Shown: piece after piece, positions 53,490-64,000 of the stretch
Numbering within the stretch: position 1 is the stretch's first letter
How the letters are laid out: each line of letters starts with the position of its first letter
NCBI RefSeq assembly: GCF_009834535.1
Contig: NC_045697.1
Location: forward strand, 95,296,001-95,360,000
Reading direction: 5' to 3'
Origin: Camelus ferus
Lineage: Eukaryota
DNA: 64,000 nt
The notes under the pieces: model-generated
Seen by the model: only the letters and a program-made list of their open reading frames with translations
Told to the model about the DNA's origin: nothing
Databases searched by the model: none
Position numbers and translations under genes: made by a program

Positions 53490-54500
53490 GGCACTGATCC
53501 ACACTACTCCCTTGTGGAAAAGTGAGGTAGAAGTTCAGTTCCTCCCTTCATCTTCACTGAGCCTTCCTAGTGAAAACAGGGAACTTCCACACATCTCTCA
53601 TTGCCTCCAACTAGGACGTCTAGATCAGCTCCCCACTGGGACCCTGCAATCAGAGAGGAGAGGCCCAGAGGGTGCTGATATAAGTTCAGATCCTGCAGGG
53701 CCCCTCTGACACCAGAGAAGGGGAGAAGAGGAAGCCCAGTGCCAACCAGCCTTGCCCACACTGTTTCTTTCTGCCTCGTCATTCCTTGCAGGGGTGGAGG
53801 CTGAGAACTGAGACTACATGTCATGATGGACAAAGGAAGAAAAGTGCAGACTAGCTCTGTCCACATTACATCATTTGGTCACATTGCTGCCAGTGAGGGA
53901 GGATGCTGAGTTGCCTACTGGGCCTTATGGACAGAAAGGGTTTGGGGGAAGTACAGTGCTTACTGGTCTCTACTTGCATTTTCTTTTTCATGTCTCCTTA
54001 AAATTCCAGTTGGTACAGGGGAGGGTGGATGTTCAACTCACTGCTAGATACCACTGACAGCCTGAAGTTGGGGGACTGGACCTGCTTCCAGAGACACCAG
54101 CCAGCAGGGGAATTAGAGCATCACCAGGGCTTCCACCGGGCAGGTGAGTGACCTTCCAAGGTCAACCTCTAGGTCCACTGAGGTTCTGTTGAAACTCTGG
54201 GTGGTTGTTTCTTTGGTGTTTGGCTGAGTAGGGTGAATATGGTTTTCTGTTTCCAGGCCACCCTTTACCCAGGACTTTGACTCAGAGACTGATTTTTCAT
54301 GGAGTTTTTCTTGACTTTGCCTGTCAGCAGGTCTGGTTGGAGGCGTCTTCAACACCTCGCCCTGGGTGTATGAGAGGCAGTAAGGAAACTCAAGGGACTA
54401 ACCCTGTGTCTAACTAACCTCCTGTCTCTGACTCTCTGGAGTCCTCCTTCTTTTCACCTTCCAGAGGCCTTGTTGAGTTATGTTGTGTCATGTCCAGGTA
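53490..54500 (-). mobile_element. Probable old L1 5'-region (L1MC/L1MD 5'-end-like), GC-richer with degenerate internal repeats
   Basis: Recurrent motif ~'ggtggaNgttcagctccccactgggcc..ctga' near 53525, 53600, 53900 and 54024. Contiguous with L1 sequence to the left. Confidence 0.5.
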
Positions 54501-54639
54501 TCTACATTAAATGCAACTTAAACTCAACCTAAATATTTTTGAAGCTAATTTTGTTCTAGGTTTATGTTACTCATCTCAGTAATTTTTAAATTATATTGCA
54601 CATTTTGGGTTTTTTTAGTTGTGTTTTATTTTCGTAAGA

Positions 54640-55418
54640 ACACCTAACGAGATCTCCCCTGCATTTCTGCTGGAATCTTAATTGCCATCGTGGCTCCTCA
54701 CTTTTTCTCCCACAAAATATAGAATCAACAATTAGCCCTTTTCTACAACCACTAGTCATCAACATATCTCACCTGGATATCACAATGTTTTCCTGGTTGG
54801 GGTCTCCATCAACATTCTAAATCACCTCCCTTCCAGTCTGTTTTCATCATAACTAGTAAGATCATGCTACTCTCCTGCTTAAAAATCCCACAATGCCATT
54901 CACTTGTTTCCAGAACACAGTAGAACATACTCTATCTGATATGAGACCTCAAATGAAAAGGCCTTTATGTACCTACCTATTGGGTCTTCTCTGAGATTCT
55001 GGCTTTCTCTTGATTCCTAAGATGTGACAGGGTCCTTTCTGCTCAGCATTTTCCCAGACTCTCTTTCTTTTGTCTGAATTGTTTTTTGTTTTTGTTTTTG
55101 TTTTATTGCCTGGAAAACTTCTGCTTTAATTTTTATTCCTCTAAATGGCACTATATCTAAGTAATCTTCTTTGTTACACTCTGTTTAGCCAGTCATTCCT
55201 TTCACCACATAATATACATGAATTGCATCTTGTAATTTGGGTTCATGTTGCATTTGTTCTAAATAGTCAATTTGTATTTATTTGTTTAATGTTTGCCTAT
55301 CCTGCAAGACCATAAAGCTCCATGAAGAAAGGAGTGGATTTTGTGTGGCTCTCTGCTGGAATCCCAGGTCTCAGCTCAATGACTCTCTCTTTTTTTTTTT
55401 TTTTTTTAATGAATAAAG
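54640..55418 (+). mobile_element. L2 3' region relic
   Basis: 'atctcacctggatatcacaatgttttcctggttgg...gatcatgctactctcctgcttaaaaatcc...agaccataaagctccatgaagaaagg...aatgaataaa'. Confidence 0.8.
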
Positions 55419-57859
55419 ACATTCGTAATTGGATTTGGGCTTATAAATTTATATTATTAAGTATATGTTGAAGAAATGATTCTTAGAGATTTGTATATCA
55501 AATATTTTAGTATAAACTAGGAGACTGAAAATAGACTATTTTGTGAGCAAGTTAATCCTTTGAAAGACCGGCCTTCACTGTAGTTTAACAAACTGATTTC
55601 AGCTATTCATTGTAACTTTTACTGTATTTATAAAGTGGCTATTTCAATAGGCTCACACAAAGGAATATTAATATTTAGCAATTTTCATTCTTTGGGGCTA
55701 AACTTGAATTGCATCCTTATTTGTTAAGATGAGCATTTTTTGGATGTTGGAGGGAGTTTTTTGGCAGGAGACAGGGAGGCCTACTCACTAGTATTTTTGT
55801 CATGGATTTTATTCTTTTTCAAAGACCAAAAACTTGAGGGAGACAATTGTAAAACTCAAGTGAAAGAAATTATGTCTAATTCTAAAGTACTAGTGTACAA
55901 TATTTCTATGATTTTATTACTTACAATAAAAAAGATTTGGAATGTGTCCAGTGGATAAAAGGTTTAGCTACAGGAATCATACTAGGAGGGAAAAAATGCT
56001 CAAACCAGTTACATTTTATGGGACTTTCTCAGGAATGGCATGAGAATTTTGTCAATAAAATGAGCTTCCTTTTTTCTGTTTCTCACTAGCAGTTACCAAA
56101 TTTTAGGTTACAATATTTTGGGTATACTATGTCTATATAATTTCATATTACTGGAAATATGTTTTATCATATTATTAACTATTTTATTTTTAACTATGAT
56201 GACTTGTTAATTTGGGGTATTGCTTTTTCAAAATAAAAACAGAAATTTTCAATATAAGAAATTGGAAAATATTTACATGTTTTCTGATAATATACTTATT
56301 CCAACATTTTCATAAGACATGTTCAAAGTATAAAGTAAGTACTTACTCATCACAATGAAAATAAAAAAAATAAACCAAAAGAGCAACAGTAACTTTGCAT
56401 CTTAGCCAAGGAATAATGGAATGGCAAATGTACACAGAGACACATAATAAAATAAGATAATTTTAAAACATAAAATAGCTTTGATATTACATACATTTTA
56501 GACCAATGGGCAATATGCATAATAACGCAGAGAAGAATTTTACTGGTGTAAGCTATACGATTTAAAAAGCAGGCAAACTTTTATTAAACAGTGCCAACTA
56601 AGGAAACAGAAGGGATTATAGCCTTTAAGATATGACATCAAGAAACTAAAATCTTTCATAATGTGCATTCTATTTATTTAAAGGACTTTAAGGAATCAGT
56701 TGTTCCTTTCTTGGTGCCCAGGTCCTAGCAGGGTAATAAACTCAGTTTTTGCCACTGCCCATTGTAAAACCACAGAATACAAGTCTCCCAGTTAGAAGGG
56801 ATATATGTTCAGCAATTTTGAGTTAAATTTGTATGACGTTTTTAAGAGAAAGTTAAGGGTGAAACTTTTTCCCTTGTGTAAATAAGTAGTTGAGTACTTC
56901 TCAAATGTTTATCTAAATAATTTTGTACTGTTATAAAGTTCACCATATTTATTTCCATATATTAGCACAGTGTACCTTTTAATCATTTAACCAACCCAAG
57001 ATTAGTTGAAAAGTTTTAAATGTAGAGTTTAGAAAGTATTGTAGAAAATTGCAGTCTTCAGGCTATTTCTTTTCATAAAATTGAATCATAAGGACTGCTG
57101 TGTATTTCAAGCACATGTTGAAAATACCATTTAAGCCTTTATAAACCTGTGAAAACAAAATACAGTGAATTTGGGCAATGATAAGTCGTACAAATATACC
57201 CATTTCTAAGTGATAATAATTATAATAGTGCCAATATTTCTTATAGTCTATTGAAATAGTACTATATATTCATTTATAATTATTAGATCATTATTATATG
57301 AGTAGCTAAAAAATCTTAGGGGAAACTCAAAGAAGTATTTAGATGTGGATATTAGCACTGAGGGTTCTTAAACTGTATCAGAAGGTGGCACTAAGGGGCA
57401 AACTCAGGCACTGAAATACATTTCTTGAGCAAATAAAAGGCTATTTCAGCATCTCTTATTTTCATTTCTCAGCAGGTGCATCCCTCCAATTTCTTGGCCA
57501 AACCAGGGAGTTCATGGTCCTATTAAACTTTGAGTTATAGCCCTCAAGGTTTCACTATGGTTAGCCACAACATCCTCTAGGCTTCTGATTTCCTTGGAGG
57601 AAAATAAATAGCATACACCAGTAACTACAAAGAGAAAGAAAAAATAAAACTCCCCAATCTGATCACTCATATTGGCTTAAAAAACTCCCACAGCAAGTAA
57701 GCTTTAGAACCTTTTGTTAAACTAGTAGAAATCGTCTCTGCCTTATTATCTGCTTCACAGTATCTGCCAAAATTTAGAAACAATAATTTTACCTAATAAT
57801 ATCTTCTCAACACAATCAGAAGTAAGGTACAGCATAAAAATTTGGTATACTCTCATGCA

Positions 57860-60230
57860 GAGACATACCTTGGAGATACTTCAGGTTTGGTTCCAGACCA
57901 CTGCAATAAAGACAGTGTAGCAATAAAGTGAGTCACATGAATTTTTTGGTTTCTCGATGCACATAAAAGTTATGTTTACATTCTACAGTAGTCCATTAAG
58001 TGTGCATTAAGTCTAAAAAGAGCATGTACTTACCTTAATTGAAAAATATTGCTAAAAAATGCTAGCCATCATCTGAACCTTCAGTGAGTTGTAATCTTTT
58101 TGCTGGTGGAGAGTCTTGCTTCCGTGTTGATAGCAGCTAACTAACAAGGGTGGTGATTCCTAAAGGGCTGAGGTGGCTATGGCAATTTCTTAAAATAAGA
58201 CAATAATGAAGTTTACCACATCGATTGAATTTTCCTTTCATGAATGATTTCCCTATTGCATGCATTGCTGTTCGATAGCATTTTACCCACAGTAGAACTT
58301 CTTTCAAAATTGGCATCAATCCTCTCAATCCCTGCCACTGCTTTATCAGCTAAGTTTATGTGCATCCTAAATCCTTTGTTGTCATTTCAACAGTCTTCAT
58401 GGCATCTTCACCAGAAGTAGATTCCATCTAAAGAAAACACTTTATTTGCTTATCTATAAGAAGAAACTTCTCATCTGCTGAAGTCTGAATATAAGATTGC
58501 AGCCATTCAGTCCCATCTTCAGGCTCCACCTCTAATTCTAGTTATCTTGCTATTTCCACTGCAACTGCAGTTACTTCCTCCACTGAAGTCTCGAACCCAT
58601 CAAAATCATTCATGAGGGTTGGAATCAACTTCTTCCAAATTCCTGTTAATGTTGATATTATGACCTCTTTCCATGCATCACAAATGTACTTAATGGCAGC
58701 TAGAATACTTAATTCTTTCCAGAAGGTTTCTAATTTCCTTTGCGCAGATCCATTAGAGGAATCACTGTCTGTGGCAGCAGTGGTCTTTCTTAAATAGTAA
58801 GACATGAAAGTCAAAATGACTCCTAGATCCATGGTCTTCAGAACGGATGTTGTGTTAGCAGCCATGGAAGTATTAATCTCAGTGTGTAACCCATCAGAGC
58901 TCTTGGGTGACCAGGTGCACTATCAGTGAACAGTAATATTTTGAAAGGAATCTTTGTTTCTGAGCAGTAGGTCTCAACAGTGGGCTTAAAATATTTGTTA
59001 AACTGTGTTGCAAACAGATGTGTTGCCATCCCAAATTTTTTGTTCCATTGATAGAGCAAAGTCTGAGTAGAGTTAATATAATTCCAAAGGACAGGACCCC
59101 AGGATTTTCTGAATTCTAAATATTCATTGCCTGCAACATAAATTCTCCAGCTGCATTAACTCCTAACAAGAGAGTAGCCTGTCCTTTGAAGTTTTGAAAC
59201 CAGGAATTGACTTCTCCTCTGTAGCTATGAAAGTCCTACATGGCATCCTCTTCCAATAGAAGCTGCTTAATCTACATTGAAAATCTGTTTTTTAGTGTAG
59301 CCACCTTCATTAATGACTGTGGCTAGATCTTCTGGATAACTTTGCTGCAGCTTCTATATCAGCAGTTGCTGCCTCACCTTGCACTGTTATGGTGATGGTG
59401 TCTTTCCTGAAACCATGTGAGCCAATTCCTGATAGCTTAAACTTTTCTTCTGCAGCTTCTTCACCTCTTCCAGCCTTCAAAGAATTGAAGGGAGTTAGGA
59501 CCTTGCTCTGGAATAGGGTTTGGATTATGGGAATGTTGTGGCTAGTTTAATCAAACCAGACCACTAAAACTTTCTCTATCAGTAATAAGGCTGTTTGACT
59601 TTTGTATCATTCATCTGTTCACTGGAATAGCACTTTTAATTTCCTTCGAGAACTTTTCCTTTGCATTCACAATTTGGTTAACTGTTCAGAGCAAAAGATT
59701 GAGCTTTTGGTCTATTTCAGTTTTAGACATACCTTCCTCACTAAGTTTAATTATTTTTAGCTTTTTATTTAAAGTAAGAGGCATGTGATTCTTCCTTTCA
59801 CTTGAACACTCAGAGGCCATTGTAGGATTATTAATCAGTTTAATTTCAATATTGTTGTGTCTCAGGGAATAGGGAGACCCCAGAAGAGGGAGAGACAACG
59901 GAATGGTTGGTCCATGGAATGATCAGAACACACACATTTATCAGTTAAGTTCACCATCTTTTACGGGCACAGTTCATGTGCTCGAAAACAATTACAATAG
60001 TGACATCAAAGATCAGTGATCACAGATGATCATAACAAATACGATAATGAAAAAATTTAAATATTGCAAAAATTACCAAAATGTGACACAGAGACACAAA
60101 GTAAGCAGATGCTGTTGGAAAAAATGGTGCCAATAGACTTATCTCAAGGTTGCCTAAAAACTTCAGTTGTAAAGAATGCAATATCTGGGAAGTACAATAA
60201 AGCCAAGCAGAATAAACTTAGGTATACCTG
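57860..60230 (-). mobile_element. Tigger1 DNA transposon (TcMar/pogo), near full length (~2.37 kb)
   Basis: Degenerate terminal inverted repeats 'gagacataccttggagata' and 'aataaacttaggtatacctg'. Internal transposase fragments on the minus strand. Confidence 0.95.
58062..59820 (-). pseudogene. Disrupted Tigger1 transposase (TIGD1-like)
   Basis: Starts MASECSSERKNHMPLTLNKKLKIIKLSEEGMSK at 59820. DDE-region motifs [17 protein letters not shown] and [14 protein letters not shown] lie in different frames. Ends PAKRLQLTEGSDDG* at 58062. Multiple frameshifts and stops. Confidence 0.9.
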
Positions 60231-60627
60231 TGTATACCATGGAATATAGGCATAAAAGTATTGAATAAAAGCACTTCAGGAAATTTAATGTTTTGTTTTG
60301 TTTTGTTTTGATCTTTGTTTATCTTAGTTATATTTTACTTCAGTTAACTAATACTAATCTTTTCTGCTATATATAGTCTACTATGCATTTTATGATCTTT
60401 TAAAATTACTAAGCAGTTTTAAAGCACCTATAAATAGAACTCTGCTCTGTTTAACCTCATAGAATGTTCTCTTTGAACACAGGAAGTTACCTTATTAAGA
60501 GTGTGCTTGCTGGTTTATATACTGAGTAGACTATGCTGAAACTCCGTAAATAAAATATGAGAAAAATATATTTATAGCTAAAATTCTAAGACAAATTGGT
60601 ATTCTGATTTATTGCCTGTATATTACA

Positions 60628-60784
60628 TTTTATTTTATTTATTTTACTATTTTATTTTTTGGGGGGGTAATTCAGTTTGTTTGTTTGTTTGTTTGTTTGT
60701 TTATTAATGGAGGTGTTGGGGATTGAACCCAAGACTTCATGAATGCAAAGCATGCAGCCTACCACTGAGCTGCACCCTCCCCCC
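60628..60784 (-). mobile_element. tRNA-derived SINE (camelid Vic-1-like)
   Basis: Reverse complement GGGGAGGGTGCAGCTCAGTGGTAGGCTGCATGCTTTGCATTCATGAAGTCTTGGGTTCAATCCCCAACACCTCC (A box AGCTCAGTGG, B box GGTTCAATCCC), then (AAAC)n, a C-run and an A-rich tail. Homologous to 50009-50132. Confidence 0.9.
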
Positions 60785-60897
60785 TGAATTTTAGTATTAA
60801 CTCTACATTTTAGATTGAAACAACAGTACAGAATAAAAATATTTTGAATTAAAAAAAGCATGTCTTTAGGTGTTATAAAGAAAATTATATATATATA

Positions 60898-62002
60898 TTT
60901 ACAATATTGTATCAATTTCTGGTGTACAGCATAATGCTTCAGTCATACATGAACATACATACATTTGTTTTCATATTCATATTCACCATAAGTTACTATA
61001 AGATATTGAATATAGTTCCCTGTGCTATACAGTATAAATTCGTTATTTATCTTTTTTATATATAGTAGTTAGTATCTGCAAATCTCAAACTCTCAGTTTA
61101 TCCTTTCCCACCCTCCTTCCCCTGCTAGTATATTTGTATTCTATGTCTTTGAGTCTGTTTCTCTTTTATAAAAAAGTCTGTTTGTCTTTCTTTTTTTTTT
61201 AGTCCACATGTAAGTGGTATTATATGGTATTTTTTCTTTCTCTTTCTGGCTTACTTCACTTAGAATGACATTCTCCAGGTCCATCCATGTTGCTGCAAAT
61301 GACGTTATTTCATTTTTTTTTTACAGCTGAGTAGTATTCCATTGTATAAATACACCACAGCTTCTTTATCCAGTCATCTGTCAATGGGCATTTAGGTTGT
61401 TTCCATGTCTTGACTATTGTAAATAGTGCTTCTATGAACATTTGGGTGCATGTATCTTTTTGAATTAAGGTTCATCCTGAATATATGCCCAGAAGTGGGA
61501 TTGCTATATCATATGGTAAGTCTATTTTCCGTCTTTTGAGAAATCTCCATACTGTTTTTCATAATGGCTGCACCAAACTACATTCTCATCAGTAATGTAG
61601 GAGGGTTTCCTTTTCTCCACACCCTCTCCAGCATTTGTCATTTATGGACTTTTGAATGATATGAGATAATACCTCATTGTAGTTTTGATCTGCATTTCTC
61701 TGATAATTAGTGATATTGAGCATTTTTTCATGTGCCTGTTGGCCATTTGTATGTCTTCATTGGAGAATTGCATGTTTGGGTGTTCTGCACATTATTGGAT
61801 TAGATTGTTTGGTTTTTTGTTGTTAAGTTGTATGAGCTGTTTATATATTCTGGAAATTAAGCCCTTGTTAGTCTCCTCTTTTGCAAATATTTTCTCACAT
61901 TTTGAAGGTTGTCTTTTTGTTTTGTTGATGGTATCCTTAGCTGTGCAAAAGCTTTTAATTTTAATTAGACCTCATTTGTTTATTTTTGCTTTTATTTCTA
62001 TT
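60898..62002 (-). mobile_element. Lineage-specific L1, 5'-truncated, lacking poly(A)
   Basis: Colinear with the copies at 41.3 kb and 63.2 kb. ORF 61685-62023 (+) is the classic antisense-ORF2 translation ([26 protein letters not shown]). Confidence 0.95.
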
Positions 62003-62384
62003 AAGAAAATTGTAGATAGATAGAAAGTAGGAATAAATTATCCCAAGCTGTCTTTAAAATCAGGTGTATGTAGTTACACTATGTTAGATTAAAAAAACAG
62101 ATGAAGTTTAGGTGAAATTTTGCAAATGTAAAAATTTTTATAATACATTTCCTAAATAACATAATTTAAAAATTAAAATACACTATCTGTTGAATAAAAA
62201 AGAAAATAGACAGCACTTTAATAAATGAAAGTAAATTTTGAATCTCAATTAGAAAATATTTTGGTACACTTAAAATTACAATTTTGAAGACCTAAAGCAA
62301 TTGAAATAGAAATTTTCTATACCTTAAACAATAACTTTCTTTTAAAACCTCTACCTGGCATGATAGTGGATGTTAATATTCTTT

Positions 62385-62520
62385 TGTTCATTCAATACTT
62401 ATTGCAATAACTAATTATAGAGTCCCTCCTATGTTCCAGGTAATGTTCTGAGGTCTGGGGATAAAGCAGTGGTGATAAAATAATCTCCCTAAGCTCTGGA
62501 GCTGACATTCTGGTGGATTC
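62385..62520 (-). mobile_element. L2 3' end relic
   Basis: 'ttcattcaat...cctatgttccaggtaatgttctgaggtctggggataaagcagtg...ctggagctgacattctggtgg'. Confidence 0.7.
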
Positions 62521-63188
62521 ATATATATCAGTGACTCTTCAACACATTTATTTTTCTATCTATACACGCAAAAGCAAGTGCAAGTAATTGTCAGATGGTA
62601 TAGTAATCTTGACGTTGTATGAAGCAAATGTTGTTATGGATTTATTCTCTCATTTATATTGTCTACAACACTTTGGCTTATAGATATCTATATACTCAAC
62701 TCTCATATTGGAGACATCATCTCAGACACAGAATTGAGTGAAAATTTTCATCATGATGATATTAGAGCATTTATCTGATGTGTTAAGATTGCCCCCAAAG
62801 TCTCCATTTTTCATTGTGTGGAAATAAAATTGGCATTTCTATGGCATTTGAGTTAGCATTAGGTTTTTATATTACGCATAGTGCGGTTATGAACTTTCTC
62901 AAATATCTTCTAGTAAATGTGTACAAGAGTTTCTCTTAGGTTTATATATGAGTATGATGAATCATATGGAATAGGAACGATCAATTCTATACAGTATTGC
63001 CAAAATGTTTAATCAAATTTTTATGAAGGTAAATTACAAAAAGGTTGTAAAGTGTGAACAGATTATTAATAGAAGAGAATGAAATGGAAAAGAAAATCGT
63101 TTCAGAAGAGTGCCCAGGTGTGAAGTGAACTTATAGTAAATATGTTTCAGGCAAATACCAACCATAACTGTCTAACCAACAATGGTGG

Positions 63189-63609
63189 TTTTTTTCTTTT
63201 TTTTTTTTTATGTAAATATTTTTATTGAAGTATAGTCAGTTTACAATGTGTCAATTTCTGGTGTACAACGAAATGCTTCAGTCATACGTGAACATACATA
63301 TATTCCTTTTCATAATCTTTTTCATCATAAGTTACTACAAGATATTAAATATAGTCCCCTATATATTTATGCAGTATAAACTTGTTGTTTATCTATTTTA
63401 TATATATTATTATCTGCAAATCTCAAACTCCTAGTTTATCCCTTCCTGCCTCCTTCCCCCGTGGTAACCATAAGTTTGTTTTCTATGTCTGTGAGTCTGT
63501 TTCTGTTTTGTAAATATGTCTGTCTATTTTTTAGATTCCATATATAAGTGATATAAAGTATTTTTCTTTTTGGCTTACTTCACTTAGAATGACAATCTCC
63601 AGGTCCATC
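63189..63609 (-). mobile_element. Lineage-specific L1 3' end (~420 bp) with poly(A)
   Basis: Poly(T) at 63189-63209, then 'tttattgaagtatagtcagtttacaat...ggcttacttcacttagaatgacaatctccaggtccatc'. Homologous to 41321-41725. Confidence 0.93.
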
Positions 63610-64000
63610 TGACAATGTTTTATTCCTTACGTTTTTCTCTGTCTTCCCCAATGCTGAAAATTAGATCTTGCTCTACCACCCCACCATTGTGACAGAGATT
63701 TAGAAGAGATGCCATTAGTTTTACTATACATTAAAAAATATGTACACATGTGTATGTGTGTATATGTATGTACCTATATACCAATCTCATCCTAGTAAAA
63801 TGAGTAGTCTAATATATGGTTTAACAATAATTTAAATCCTGAAGTTTGTCATTTGTATTCTTCAAAAAGTAAAAGTAAGAAAAGAATAGTTTAAAGATAA
63901 TGAAAAACTATGATACATTTTGTTAGAAAAGTCTGAGTATTATAATTTAAAGTATAAATTAAAAATAACATTATTAGGTATTACTTCTATTAATTAGCAA

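Noticed and set aside
53490..54200. Spaced degenerate repeats suggesting a CRISPR-like array
   Set aside because: Units are highly diverged and irregularly spaced, in a mammalian L1 context with no cas genes.
58542..59898. Tigger1 ORFs as a domesticated TIGD gene
   Set aside because: Fragmented across frames with stops, and still flanked by transposon termini.
60720..60784. tRNA-like sequence (A and B boxes)
   Set aside because: It is a SINE head with a SINE tail and a second homologous copy at 50 kb, not a tRNA gene.
61685..62023. 112-aa plus-strand ORF
   Set aside because: It is the well-known antisense reading of L1 ORF2, not a gene. The same applies to 48402-48605.

Overview
AT-rich, CpG-depleted mammalian non-coding DNA, either intergenic or deep intronic. 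It is most likely camelid (alpaca, llama or camel), because it holds two tRNA-derived SINEs resembling the camelid Vic-1 family plus young cetartiodactyl-type L1 3' ends. I find no supportable protein-coding gene, RNA gene, CRISPR array or prokaryotic system. The longer ORFs in the track are fragments of L1 ORF1/ORF2, Tigger1 transposase or LTR sequence, or are chance ORFs. The window is a layered transposon record: MIR, L2, L1MC/L1ME, MLT1/LTR16/LTR41 solo LTRs, MER63A, MER2-type and Charlie-type DNA elements, a near full-length Tigger1, and younger L1s and SINEs, some with visible target-site duplications (TSDs). The most interesting structures are retrotransposition oddities: (i) a ~440-bp 5'-inverted L1 whose template fused mid-ORF1 directly to the 3' terminus; (ii) an L1 ORF2 fragment with a premature poly(A) tail; (iii) a tail-less L1 lying opposite to its apparent endonuclease site; (iv) a micro-inverted L1MA end nested in an LTR16. 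There are also a local CpG/GC-box cluster near 44.6-45.1 kb, several repeat-free motif-rich blocks and a speculative pair of in-frame micro-exons. Repeat family names come from recalled consensus sequences, not a search, and boundaries of old repeats are approximate. I do not claim a new biological system.
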